Part shown: piece after piece, positions 37,120 through 47,500 of the stretch
How positions within the stretch are numbered: the first letter of the stretch is position 1
How the letters are laid out: each line of letters begins with the position of its first letter
Origin: a virus
Lineage: Duplodnaviria; Caudoviricetes
Direction: 5' to 3' (one strand)
IMG/VR virus record: IMGVR_UViG_3300029286_000036
Span: 1,905 to 65,904 of that record
Length of the DNA stretch: 64,000 nucleotides
Position numbers and translations under genes: made by a program
Notes under the pieces: generated by a model
What the model was told of the DNA's origin: nothing
The model's input: only the letters and a program-made list of their open reading frames with translations
Databases searched by the model: none

Positions 37120-39011
37120 ATCTCCCTACTTATCCCCCCTTTTAACTCTACAGTAAAGGTCTTATTCACTATGGTTTTAGCGACGCTGTTGTGCTCAATT
37201 ATTATAGTTGGCTTATTAAGCGTTTTAAATATCTCTATGCACTTAATCATACTGCTTTCAGATAAATTTTGGAAAGGTTCATCAAAAATTGCTAAGTTAA
37301 TGTTTGACTTTCTGACACTTACCATCTCAGCTAAAGCCAAATCTCCTGCCAAAGCTAATCTAGCACCCTGTCCACCAGATAATGTACCTAAACTACATTC
37401 CTCTCCATTCAAATTAATACGAGTTGTGATTTTCATATCATCATTATTAAAATTTACTTTAATTGGCATTTCAAATAATAGAGACGAATACTTGTTAAGC
37501 TTTCTTGATAATTCTCCTAGGGAACTATTAAAAACGTACGACTTAACTTCTTTAAATCCTGTCTTAAGCATATCTAATCTGTCTATATAAGCTGATTTTT
37601 CTGCTAATAATGCTTGAGTAACTAGCAGATTCTCATTACAAGTTTCTAATTTTAGTTCATATTTAGCTTTTTCATCAACTAAATCATCAACTTTGAAATC
37701 TCCTGCTACTAGTAGTGTTCTACTTTCCTTAGCTAAATCTTCTTTTTGTCTTTCTATCTGCTTACTTAAATTCTCTGCTTCTTTTTGAGCAATCTTAGCT
37801 AAATTTAAGTCTTGATTTTCTTGTTTAATCTCAGCATTGATTACTCTTATCTGTATATCTAATTGAGTTGTCTCATTTTTAAGCTGAGTTTCATCATAGT
37901 CTACTTCCGCTTTTATCTGAGCATCCAAAGAGTCTAACTCAATTGCAAGCTCTTCTATGCTCTTACTGATACTTTCCATTTCTGAAACAGCATGTGACGT
38001 GTCTGCGTTCTCTAAAGTCGTGCCACATGTTGGACAAATCTTGGTCGGATTTTGGACGAATGCTTCTAGTTTAGCTAGTTCTTTTGCAAGAGACTCAAGT
38101 CTCCTATACTGACTATTATAAGAATTTTGTAGCTTTATTTTGAATCTCTTTTTTTCTTCTATGCTCCCAAGGGAAATCATAGTTTCTTGTCTTACTTTCT
38201 CTACTTTAGCTTTTTCTGCTTCAAGTTCGTTTATTTTTGAATTTATAGCTTCTTCATTTACTTCGATTTTGCTGAGGTCAGCAAACTTGATTTTGTCTTT
38301 ACACAGCCTCATTTCCATGTCATCTATTCTAGTTTGTACTTCTTTTACCTTTCTCGCAGCTTGTTCTTCTCTTTCTACCATTCTTTTGTCTACTATCCCC
38401 AATAATTCCCCAATATGAGATTGTTCACTGATTATACCATTAAGTGTTACTTTTAATGAATCATGACTTGACTTCTCGACTTTAAGCATATCATGTGCTT
38501 TCTTATAGGCTTTATCAAATACCTGAAGATTTAAGATTTCTGATAAAATCTTGGCTTTTTCTTCTGGAGTTGATGATATGAACTTGTCATGCTGATTTTG
38601 AGGAAAATAACAAGACATGCAAAACGTCTTAAATGACATTCCAAGTACATTATCAATCATTTCTTGAGTTTCTTTTGCATCTTTACCTGTTATAATCTCA
38701 TCATTAAGAGTTAATAGATATACCTTATTTGGAGTTCTGGAGCGTACTATGCTCTTATAAACTGGATGGTCTATGGTAACTTCTCCATAACATCCTTTCT
38801 GCCCTCTTCGAACAACCTCATCTACTTTAATGTCTTTAGGTATCTCACCAAAAAGAATCCAACAAAGAGCATTAACTGTAGCTGATTTTCCAGAGCCTTC
38901 ATTACAGTCATCGTCGGCATTGTAACCTTGAATCAAAGTGATATTATGGTCTAGGTCAAATTTTAAGCTATCCCATGATTGGAAGTTTTTTGCTGATATA
39001 CTTTTAATCAT
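37116..39011 (-). CDS. SbcC/Rad50/gp46-like recombination ATPase
   Basis: NF.S, NEGSGKS, CPTC zinc hook, LSGGQ, IFDEPF, IIEH. Confidence 0.9.
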   Translation of the reverse strand: MIKSISAKNFQSWDSLKFDLDHNITLIQGYNADDDCNEGSGKSATVNALCWILFGEIPKDIKVDEVVRRGQKGCYGEVTIDHPVYKSIVRSRTPNKVYLLTLNDEIITGKDAKETQEMIDNVLGMSFKTFCMSCYFPQNQHDKFISSTPEEKAKILSEILNLQVFDKAYKKAHDMLKVEKSSHDSLKVTLNGIISEQSHIGELLGIVDKRMVEREEQAARKVKEVQTRIDDMEMRLCKDKIKFADLSKIEVNEEAINSKINELEAEKAKVEKVRQETMISLGSIEEKKRFKIKLQNSYNSQYRRLESLAKELAKLEAFVQNPTKICPTCGTTLENADTSHAVSEMESISKSIEELAIELDSLDAQIKAEVDYDETQLKNETTQLDIQIRVINAEIKQENQDLNLAKIAQKEAENLSKQIERQKEDLAKESRTLLVAGDFKVDDLVDEKAKYELKLETCNENLLVTQALLAEKSAYIDRLDMLKTGFKEVKSYVFNSSLGELSRKLNKYSSLLFEMPIKVNFNNDDMKITTRINLNGEECSLGTLSGGQGARLALAGDLALAEMVSVRKSNINLAIFDEPFQNLSESSMIKCIEIFKTLNKPTIIIEHNSVAKTIVNKTFTVELKGGISREI

Positions 39012-39940
39012 TTGCAGCTCCTTAGAATCTCTGCTCCAATTTTTACAGTTTCATCATCTACACCTTTGATGTTTCTAGCCCAATCCTCAAATTGCGATAC
39101 ACAATCTACAGTTTCGTCAATTGATACACTTGTCTCAAACTCATCTGTAGGTCTTTCTATAAAACGCACATTAAGATACTCTTTCTTTGGAAATGAGTTA
39201 ATCTGCTCTTGAGTTCCATTTAAAATAAATCGGTAAATATCCCCCTCAACTAAGTTAATTTCTTGAGGAGAGCTACAATCCACATTTAATGATTTATGCT
39301 GTGGAAAATTAGATTTTATGAGTTCTAATGATTGAGTTTCAGTCTCGTAACATGCTATAAATTTATCTTGGTCTGTTTCTCCAAAGGATTTACTAAAAGG
39401 AGTACCTAGAAAAGTTAATTTATCTTCATGTTGGTATTTATGAAAGTGTCCTGCTATAACTCGTTTAAAGCTACTCAGTTGTTCTTTAACTACCCCCTCT
39501 TCGGCTTTATAACCATTCCCATAGTCATAACCGACGATTCCTTGATGTATCATTAAAGTATCGACGCTATTACTAGCTAAAACCGACTTAAGTGCTACCA
39601 AATCGTGGATATATGGTACGAAAAAGACGTTATCTATTACTTGTGGTTCATCTATTATAGTCACATTCTTTAATTCTTTAAGAGTTTCAAGACTGTGTTC
39701 TTTAGAGTCCAGCGATATTAAATCATGATTTCCTACTAGAACTATGAAGTTTAATTTAGATTCCTTAAATCGTTTATAATACAGATTCAAGCACTCTGCT
39801 CTTACTATTGCCTTATTATCTAGCAAATCTCCTAGTAATATCGTAGGATTTCCTATCTGTTCTATGATATCAAATAGATGATTTACTTTGTCGGTATCTT
39901 TAAGAGTAGCGTGTATGTCTCCTATTATGGTATAAACCAT
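39008..39940 (-). CDS. SbcD/Mre11/gp47-like nuclease
   Basis: GDIH, GDLLD, GNHD, HQ, GHFH, GTP...SFGE. Confidence 0.9.
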   Translation of the reverse strand: MVYTIIGDIHATLKDTDKVNHLFDIIEQIGNPTILLGDLLDNKAIVRAECLNLYYKRFKESKLNFIVLVGNHDLISLDSKEHSLETLKELKNVTIIDEPQVIDNVFFVPYIHDLVALKSVLASNSVDTLMIHQGIVGYDYGNGYKAEEGVVKEQLSSFKRVIAGHFHKYQHEDKLTFLGTPFSKSFGETDQDKFIACYETETQSLELIKSNFPQHKSLNVDCSSPQEINLVEGDIYRFILNGTQEQINSFPKKEYLNVRFIERPTDEFETSVSIDETVDCVSQFEDWARNIKGVDDETVKIGAEILRSCK

Positions 39941-40176
39941 TAATTCTCTCCTACAACTTTACCTCTGATTAATTGAAAGGTAACTCGTTTAAGTTCGTTT
40001 GCGAAGATGCGATTAATCTCGCTGCGAAGAATTCTTAATTCATCATGTGGTGCTATATAATCATAAGATAGTTCCATATAAAAAGGTTGCATATTCTCAA
40101 TTTTAATAAGATAAGGGGTCTTTGGAAATGTGCTATCTCTAAATAACGGAATGAAAAGAATTCTAACCATCTTCAT
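39940..40176 (-). CDS. Hypothetical protein
   Basis: ORF track. Confidence 0.45.
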   Translation of the reverse strand: MKMVRILFIPLFRDSTFPKTPYLIKIENMQPFYMELSYDYIAPHDELRILRSEINRIFANELKRVTFQLIRGKVVGEN

Positions 40177-40181
40177 TGAAA

Positions 40182-41087
40182 TTACTCCTTATCTTTTGAG
40201 TCTAATACTTTAAATCCTTCTGCTGTAATTGAATATTGAACTTCTGGGGATAATAATATTTGCTTTCCATTTTCATCTACAATAGATTTAGCATAATGAT
40301 TTTTGAATACTTTCCATGATACTTTTGCACCAAGTCTAACTTTCTTTCCTTGTCTTACTGCCTCAACCCAACCTATTCTGGAAGCTTGGATACTAATCAT
40401 AGTAAAGAAATTAAGAGCCTGACCTCCAGCATTTGTCTTTCCATGACTTCCTATATTATCATAAGTATAGTTTACAACTAAGATAGCAACGGGGTCTGTT
40501 TGCATACGAGCTATCATTGTGTTGAGTCCTTGTCTATTGGTCTTAGCAGCTCCACCTGGTTTTTGTGAATCTGTAGTCATATCAGATTCTGAATCTCTTT
40601 GTGATACCGTATTACCAAATGAATCAAATATTACTAAAAGTTTTTCCTTTGGATAATCTACAAAGAATTGATTCCATGCTTTAAATACACCATCATATAC
40701 CTCTTCTGTTATTCCTGTAGATACAATCATAACGCCTTCTGGGTCTATTCCAGCATTAGTTAGGTCTTGTACTGTGGTCTTATTTTCAGTCTCAGCGTAT
40801 ATTATCCCAATACCTTGTTCTTGAGCTGCTAACATTGCTTTAAGTGCTAAAGAAGTCTTGCCTGTATCCGATGTACCAGCAATTTGTACTATCTTACCAA
40901 ATTGAAGTCCAATAACCCCGAAGTTATCCTTCCATTTTAATTCTTCTGGAAGAACCACATAATCTTTTGGGTCTTGACTTATTTCAGTAAGAGCTTCTCC
41001 TACTCCAAATTGTTTGGAACGTCTTTCGTCCTTTCCCATTGATTTCTGAACTTTTTCAATTGTTGATTTGAAGTTAAATTTACTCAT
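40182..41087 (-). CDS. RecA/UvsX-like recombinase
   Basis: GKIVQIAG.SDTGKTS, YAETE, IFDS, GGQAL.F, V.KNH. Confidence 0.85.
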   Translation of the reverse strand: MSKFNFKSTIEKVQKSMGKDERRSKQFGVGEALTEISQDPKDYVVLPEELKWKDNFGVIGLQFGKIVQIAGTSDTGKTSLALKAMLAAQEQGIGIIYAETENKTTVQDLTNAGIDPEGVMIVSTGITEEVYDGVFKAWNQFFVDYPKEKLLVIFDSFGNTVSQRDSESDMTTDSQKPGGAAKTNRQGLNTMIARMQTDPVAILVVNYTYDNIGSHGKTNAGGQALNFFTMISIQASRIGWVEAVRQGKKVRLGAKVSWKVFKNHYAKSIVDENGKQILLSPEVQYSITAEGFKVLDSKDKE

Positions 41088-41256
41088 TATCCTTAGTCTC
41101 CTTTATAAAAACCTTAATGGCGGTATGCTTTAATTGATTTGGTTGTCTAATTACAGTGAAGGAATATCCTGATTTCTCAAAAATTGCTTTCAAGTCCTCT
41201 AGTACAAACTCACCATCTTCTACATCAATTATAATTTCAATTGGGATACTTAACAT
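41080..41256 (-). CDS. Small hypothetical protein (58 aa)
   Basis: Manual translation MLSIPIEIIIDVEDG...; fills gap with overlapping stop/start. Confidence 0.5.
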   Translation of the reverse strand: MLSIPIEIIIDVEDGEFVLEDLKAIFEKSGYSFTVIRQPNQLKHTAIKVFIKETKDNE

Positions 41257-41666
41257 TAATTTGACTCCCGACTCATTTGTCTATAGTGAACATGCGCATC
41301 CTGAAAAATTTTCATGTTGCCCTTAATCCACTCTCTTAGTGCTTCTAGTTCCTCACATGCTTCTCTATTGTCTGTAAAGGATTTGTGCCCATTTACCATC
41401 GTTTTCTTCTCAGTGACTGTCATCTTAATCTTATTGCCTTCTTTATCTATAAGGGGAACATCGTTGAGAGTATCACAGTATGCTGCATCTTTTATGGTTT
41501 TAAGTTTAACTAACTCCATATCTATTTCGTAGAGATAATCCCCTAAGATGGCATTTATGATGAGGAATTTTGATGCTCTCTCATTACTCTCAGCGAAGCC
41601 TTGTCGTCCTATTTCTATGAGTTTGATGTGTTGGTCGATTTTTACTTTGATTTCTTCATAAGTCAT
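41256..41666 (-). CDS. UvsY-like helical recombination mediator (tentative)
   Basis: All-helical, size and position next to recombinase, TVTEKK motif. Confidence 0.4.
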   Translation of the reverse strand: MTYEEIKVKIDQHIKLIEIGRQGFAESNERASKFLIINAILGDYLYEIDMELVKLKTIKDAAYCDTLNDVPLIDKEGNKIKMTVTEKKTMVNGHKSFTDNREACEELEALREWIKGNMKIFQDAHVHYRQMSRESN

Positions 41667-41725
41667 AAGTTCTTTACCTCGTATAATATCATATCATATT
41701 TACGAGGTAAAGTCAAGTGTTTTTA

Positions 41726-42649
41726 TTAGAATCCTACTCCAAGTCCTATAAAGTATCTTTTTCCTGTTGTAGAATAAGAAACTCCAGCATCTATATAAGT
41801 GTTCGAGAGTGCGTTAGGAAACGGTCTATACATAATTGGAACTAAAGTTAAAGCTAATTTATTAGTTTTTGAGTATTCTATACCTACTTCTGCGAATCTC
41901 CATGACATGTCTCTTTTTGACTGCCCTATTCCCATTAAACTCATACCCACGTACGGCAATACATCGTCTATATAGAAGTGAACTCCCCCACCTAACTTTG
42001 GAGCAAATAGATAGAATCTTGAAGTAGGCACTTTAACCTCTTCTGTAGGGTCTACAACAGCCGTTCCACCTGTAATAGGTAAAGAGTAAGGCTTATCTAA
42101 CCACTCGCCATATTTCGTGTTTTTAGGCGTTTCTCTTAATACAAATTCTGCTTTAGATGCGATATTATATTTACCTGTATCATTATCTTTCGTTACTACG
42201 GTCTTAACTTCCACATCATAATTATAAAGCTTGGATTGAACTTGTCCGTCTTTACTCATCAATACATAACCTACAGGAGGTCCGTCTGTAAAGCGAACTT
42301 CATTTAAAGTATATCCACCATTAAAGTATATGTCGGATTCTTTCTCAGTTCTTTCTTTTTCTTGAACTGAAAATGTTGAATTAGATAATATTAAGATTTG
42401 TCCCTTAAGTGCATCCATTTCTTGCTGCCATTGTTCTTTAAGCTGTTCAGTTAGAGCTACTTGGTCTTTATATTGAATCTCAAGTTTAGCTGAATACTTA
42501 TTAAGCTGTTCGTACTTGTGTTTTTGACCAATAAGTTCTTCATGAAGTTTCTGATTTTCATAAAAAAGATTATAAATCTTCTGTGCTCCAAAAAGTGCTG
42601 CAAGGACTATTAATCCTATTACACAATACTTTATTACTTTTCCAATCAT
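41726..42649 (-). CDS. Membrane-anchored coiled-coil protein with C-terminal amphipathic beta strands
   Basis: N-terminal TM, heptads, ends RYFIGLGVGF. Confidence 0.5.
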   Translation of the reverse strand: MIGKVIKYCVIGLIVLAALFGAQKIYNLFYENQKLHEELIGQKHKYEQLNKYSAKLEIQYKDQVALTEQLKEQWQQEMDALKGQILILSNSTFSVQEKERTEKESDIYFNGGYTLNEVRFTDGPPVGYVLMSKDGQVQSKLYNYDVEVKTVVTKDNDTGKYNIASKAEFVLRETPKNTKYGEWLDKPYSLPITGGTAVVDPTEEVKVPTSRFYLFAPKLGGGVHFYIDDVLPYVGMSLMGIGQSKRDMSWRFAEVGIEYSKTNKLALTLVPIMYRPFPNALSNTYIDAGVSYSTTGKRYFIGLGVGF

Positions 42650-42915
42650 TGGTTTTCTCCTCCGTCTCTAGGCGGTTTATTTGCTGGACTGTTGTATAAG
42701 CTATCTATTGCATAATTACCTAATTGTAAAACCCCACCTGCTCCTATTGCAGTAATTCCAGTCCAAATGGAATTTAAGTCAAAGTTATATCCGCAGAATC
42801 CATTTAAGAGATACCCTAGTATGTACAGCACAAACATCAGACTCATCATGGACATAATTACTTTAATCCACGTTTTATTGGTAAATAGATTTAAAGCTAG
42901 TTTAAATTTTCTCAT
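42646..42915 (-). CDS. Two-TM holin-like protein
   Basis: Two hydrophobic helices, charged termini, 89 aa. Confidence 0.5.
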   Translation of the reverse strand: MRKFKLALNLFTNKTWIKVIMSMMSLMFVLYILGYLLNGFCGYNFDLNSIWTGITAIGAGGVLQLGNYAIDSLYNSPANKPPRDGGENQ

Positions 42916-43184
42916 TCTACATCCCCATTTTCCCTAATTTTTTTGTCCTCATAAGGACTTATCACTTTTCTCGTTAGTTCTAATTTACAACATTCTAGCA
43001 TTCCTACCATTGCATTTAGATTTTCATAACAAAGACCTTTTTCTTTTATATAGGCATGAATCATTACGGTGAATAAATAATTCATATCTCCAGCACATAC
43101 TGAGCCTTTAGACTCAATAGCTTTTTTAAACTTAAGAATAACATCGTTAAAAACTTTTCTATCTTCTTTTTTGATGTAAGGCAT
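42912..43184 (-). CDS. Conserved phage protein (DUF6899-like)
   Basis: MPYIK..DR, GD.NY..T, Y...N...G.LEC.KLE..R....PYED.KI.ENGDV. Confidence 0.55.
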   Translation of the reverse strand: MPYIKKEDRKVFNDVILKFKKAIESKGSVCAGDMNYLFTVMIHAYIKEKGLCYENLNAMVGMLECCKLELTRKVISPYEDKKIRENGDVE

Positions 43185-43849
43185 TACATTATCTCCTTTA
43201 GTCTTTTTTGTACTTCCGCTTCAAATTCTGCGAGAGTACCACCATTCTCTATCTTATCACATTTACTTGCAGTTGTCAACACTTTTTTTTCGGAACTATG
43301 CATATCAGACATCGCCAATGCTTCCGCTCTTGTATTTTTAATGTAGAATGCCTTTAAATTGTATCTATCATTATGAAAGAAATTAAATTCGGAAGGAAAT
43401 CTCATATCTGGTATAGTATACGTTTCATTACTTATCATTTTTCTAGCTATAACTTTACAATGAATATCCACATCTATTCCTTTTAAAACTTCGGTTCCTA
43501 TATATTGTAAAATCTGACGTAAGCTATAGAAAATATAACCACAGTGATGACGTAAATGTTTGTCAAAGTCATACACTATGCCTAATGCCTCAAATTCTTC
43601 TCTATAACCTTCCATGATACTCAATAAATCCTCTCTTGTTAAATTTATAGGTGGGTCTAACTCTTTTTCTTTTAATAGTCCATCCTCAGCATCACTTCGT
43701 TTGAAACCAAAGGTAGCACAACAAACATCCTTTAGGAGACCAGCTAACATCAATTCCTTAATTTCTGGATATAAATTTTGTAATACTTTAACGGCGGTAG
43801 ACTTGCCGGCTTGTTTGACAGCACAAAAGGCAATAATTTTTGGTTTCAT
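43184..43849 (-). CDS. Deoxynucleoside monophosphate kinase
   Basis: K.AGKST, A..LK, R..LQ.IGTE, D.RF..E, H.SE, I.N.GT. Confidence 0.8.
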   Translation of the reverse strand: MKPKIIAFCAVKQAGKSTAVKVLQNLYPEIKELMLAGLLKDVCCATFGFKRSDAEDGLLKEKELDPPINLTREDLLSIMEGYREEFEALGIVYDFDKHLRHHCGYIFYSLRQILQYIGTEVLKGIDVDIHCKVIARKMISNETYTIPDMRFPSEFNFFHNDRYNLKAFYIKNTRAEALAMSDMHSSEKKVLTTASKCDKIENGGTLAEFEAEVQKRLKEIM

Positions 43850-44575
43850 CTATTCTCCTTTTTTATCTAATTTAAGATAATTATATATTTTTATTATTTG
43901 ATTCTTGAATTCATCTATTCCATCTTTTAATTTCATGTAATTACAATGTGGACAACATGGTACTACATTCTCTAGTGTATACCCTATTTTGAAATCTAAC
44001 CTATCCAATCCATTAACTTCTATGTAAATCTCTCCGTACTTCCATTTTCTTGAGTTTTCTCCACAATAGTGACATGGTTGTTTTATTATATTTAAAAAGT
44101 CAATTTTGCTGATATTGAATTCTTTATTCTTTCTACTAGCATTAGACTTATAAGTAAAATAATATCTATCATACGCTTTTTCTTCTCTAGTTATGTTTTT
44201 ATTATAATTTGAATATTTCTTATTTATACATCCACATGACCTAATCCCTTTTTTTAAATTGCCAGAGGTAGCAATATGTGTGTTTCCGCAATCACATCTG
44301 CATGTCCATTTCTCCCTGCAATTTGGTTCTACTAAATCTTCTACAACTAACCTTCCAAAACGTCTTCCTCTCAAATCTTCACTATAGTTATTTAAATGAC
44401 ATATCTTACACCATTGACCCTTTAAAATCTTTATAAATCGATTTTCCCAAACATGTCCCTCTTTACATTGCCAAATCATAGGCGAATCGCAGTCAACATA
44501 TTTATCGGAAAGACATTTCCCTCCTCTCTCTTCTGCTATCCTATGGCATTCTTCTAATGTATGCCACTTACCCAT
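43850..44575 (-). CDS. HNH homing endonuclease with zinc ribbons
   Basis: WQC..GH.W, RFGRL.V, W.CRCDCG, CHYCG, NGLDR...GY...NVVPCC..CN.MK. Confidence 0.8.
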   Translation of the reverse strand: MGKWHTLEECHRIAEERGGKCLSDKYVDCDSPMIWQCKEGHVWENRFIKILKGQWCKICHLNNYSEDLRGRRFGRLVVEDLVEPNCREKWTCRCDCGNTHIATSGNLKKGIRSCGCINKKYSNYNKNITREEKAYDRYYFTYKSNASRKNKEFNISKIDFLNIIKQPCHYCGENSRKWKYGEIYIEVNGLDRLDFKIGYTLENVVPCCPHCNYMKLKDGIDEFKNQIIKIYNYLKLDKKGE

Positions 44576-47500
44576 CTATTTAGACTCCTTTAAAGAATCA
44601 CATATTACAGGTTCTGCAATCATTGGAATATCTAGCATCTGTGCATATTTATTCTTTTCCATTCCCTGTTGTAAACATTTAGCTGCAAGTTCAGCTTGGT
44701 CTTCTCTAACTAACATTGTTATCTCATCATGTATTTGCATGCTAATGAATCCCTCGACGTTATTTTCTCTTAAGAGAGTTTCCACTTCTATCATACTTCT
44801 GTTTGCAATATGAGCTGCCAGCGACTGAATTGGTGTGTTTTTTGAACCATTATATTCCACTTTGCAGAGGTTTTTTATGAAAGACCAGTATCCATGTTCA
44901 GCAATCTTAGCATAATCTATTTTGAATTTTCTTGAAATTTCTTTTAAATCTTCTTCTCTCAACTCAATTGAAGTTCCTTGTATCTTAACCGTTGCTTCCT
45001 CTAATCGAGATGCTGCTGTACTCAGAAATTTTTCAAATAAATCCTTTCTCATTTTGATAGATTCTTTTGTATCTTTAATTATACTTCTACCTAAAATTTT
45101 CTTACTTACATAAGGAGCAAATTCAAAGTGTCTTCTTCTACCTATCAAAGACTCGACATATCCTTGTTCTATACATTCGGATTCTCTTTCTTTCATGTAT
45201 CTATGCAATTGTGGATATGCTTTTAAGTACAAATCTATTACTAATTTTCCTTCTTCATACATTGGCTTTCCGTCTTCTTCTACGAGATTGAGCATGTGGC
45301 AGACCTGGGCTTCTTTCGCCCCGTAAGGGATACCGAGAACTAGAGGTTTTATCTTAGTTCTTTCTGGGTTATTTATCTTTTTAAGATAGTTATCGTCTTT
45401 TGGATTTGCTGAGTATTTATGTTTATTATCGAACATGTCACAAAAAACCTGTGAATATAGGTCTAGTCCTTTTAAAAATACTTCTTTAAGTTTTTTATCT
45501 CCAGAACAGAATGCGAAGCAATTATGTACTCTCATTCCATTGCATATAAACTCTTCATTTCCTTCTACAGTAATGTCAATAAGTTCTTCCTCTTGTCCAT
45601 ATAATATGCGAATAACTTCCGCCGATTGTCTATGAGTTTTAATAACTTTTCTTTTCTCTTTAACTTTCTTTCTTTCTACTATTTGAAATTTTTGAAAATC
45701 TAAATCTATTAATTTATTAACCGAAATAGAAGTTAATCTTATAATATATCCCTCATGGGTCTTATTTACACTCTTCTTATCTGCACAACACAGTATTCCA
45801 TCCAGACCTATACTATCTAAGAGATTGATGATGTCTGTAGCTAACAAGATAGATTTAGTAGAAAAACATAGCTCACCACCTTTTTTATAAGTACCGTCTG
45901 TATCAATTAGTCCTGCTATGAAGTTAAGTTTTCTCTCTAACGAACTATTAAATATAAATGTTGGAACTCTTAGCGTCTTTTTAACTTCGTCTATTACGTT
46001 AAATGTGTGTTTAAATATATCCACTAACCATGCATCGTGAAAATTAAGAGCTTTCATGCCTTGTGTTCTTTTATCAGTGTATATTCCCCCTTTATATCCA
46101 TATCTCATCATAATCTCATTGAATCTGGTAATAACTCCATCTTCTTCTAAACCACATACTCCTATATAATTCGCTCTTCCCGTTCTTGCCCATATTCCAT
46201 CTCCTACAAAAGCTCCCAATACCCAATAAATGTCGTCATCTAAATTAAAATAGCCTATTGGTTTTTCCGCATTAGGGTTTTTTTTGGGAAATAAGGGAAG
46301 TTTTATGTTATCTTTATGCTCTATATTAAACTTGCAGTCTTCAATTATATCTCCCTTAACTATGTCTTTTGCTTCAATAAATCCTTTATTTAGCACATAT
46401 ATCTTATGTTCATTGGAGCATCTAACTAATCCTCTTTTCGTTATAATAGATATGTTATTTTTAATAGATGTCCATTTTTTAAGAATAGTTTTGAATCCAT
46501 ACTTGGTTTCAATTAAATCTCCTTCCTTTACATCTTTAAAAAGTTTAATACCTGAATCCTTTATATTTACCAGAGAGTCGGGGTCTACACATCTCGGTTC
46601 TAGTGATGAGAAGTCGGCGTTTACAATCTTCCATCCTTTAGGTGCTGTGAAACCTTTCTTAATGGCAGAAGGCTGTATTATGTTTTCTTCAACATGACCA
46701 CAAGTTTTACATGTTTTTGTGAGTAAAAGCTCTATTGGACTAGTCATTTCTACATCTTCTGATTGACACTTTGAGCAGCAATTTGATTCTTCTTCAACCT
46801 TTGGAAGAGTCTGTAAGTTAAATCCACCTGCACACGAAAAACGTCCCGAAATGGTGCCTGATTGACGCCAGTCTACTGTTAAATATCCGTTTATATTGAG
46901 TTTTATTGCAGGAAGTACGTAAGATGAGTAAAGTTTTGCAAGTTTATTATAAGTTAATAAATCCTTAACAAAGTCGAATTTAGGAAGCATGTGCTCAATT
47001 AATACCTCAGCTTTCATACTTGGAATTAAATTGTCTTTTGTAGCAGAATCTGTTTGAGGTAAGTCCTTTGCACTCATCCCCAATTTCTCACAAAATAACC
47101 ATCTTACGTGAGCATCTGAGTTAATATTAAAAGAGTATCTTCTCTCTTCTATTTCTTCATATAGTTCTTGTTTAATCTTTTTTAATTTCTCATCACTATA
47201 TTTAATTTCTTCTTCACCCAAAATAAATCCAAAAAGCCAATGAGGATTAATCTGATAAGCCTTCTTTATTGCAGGTTTGCTCATTGTATCTTTACCTGTC
47301 TTTGAGTCTTTAGGTAGTGATAGTCCCTCTAAATCTGCTATTTTCTTTACTAGTCTTTGATTAGAAATAGATTCATCTATAGATTTTCCAAGTGTAAAGT
47401 CATCTAAATAAGGAGATATATTATTTATGATATTATCTTCAAGTTTAAGCATCATTTGCTTAGTTTCTATTTCAAGTTTTTTGAAATGTTCTACGTCAAT

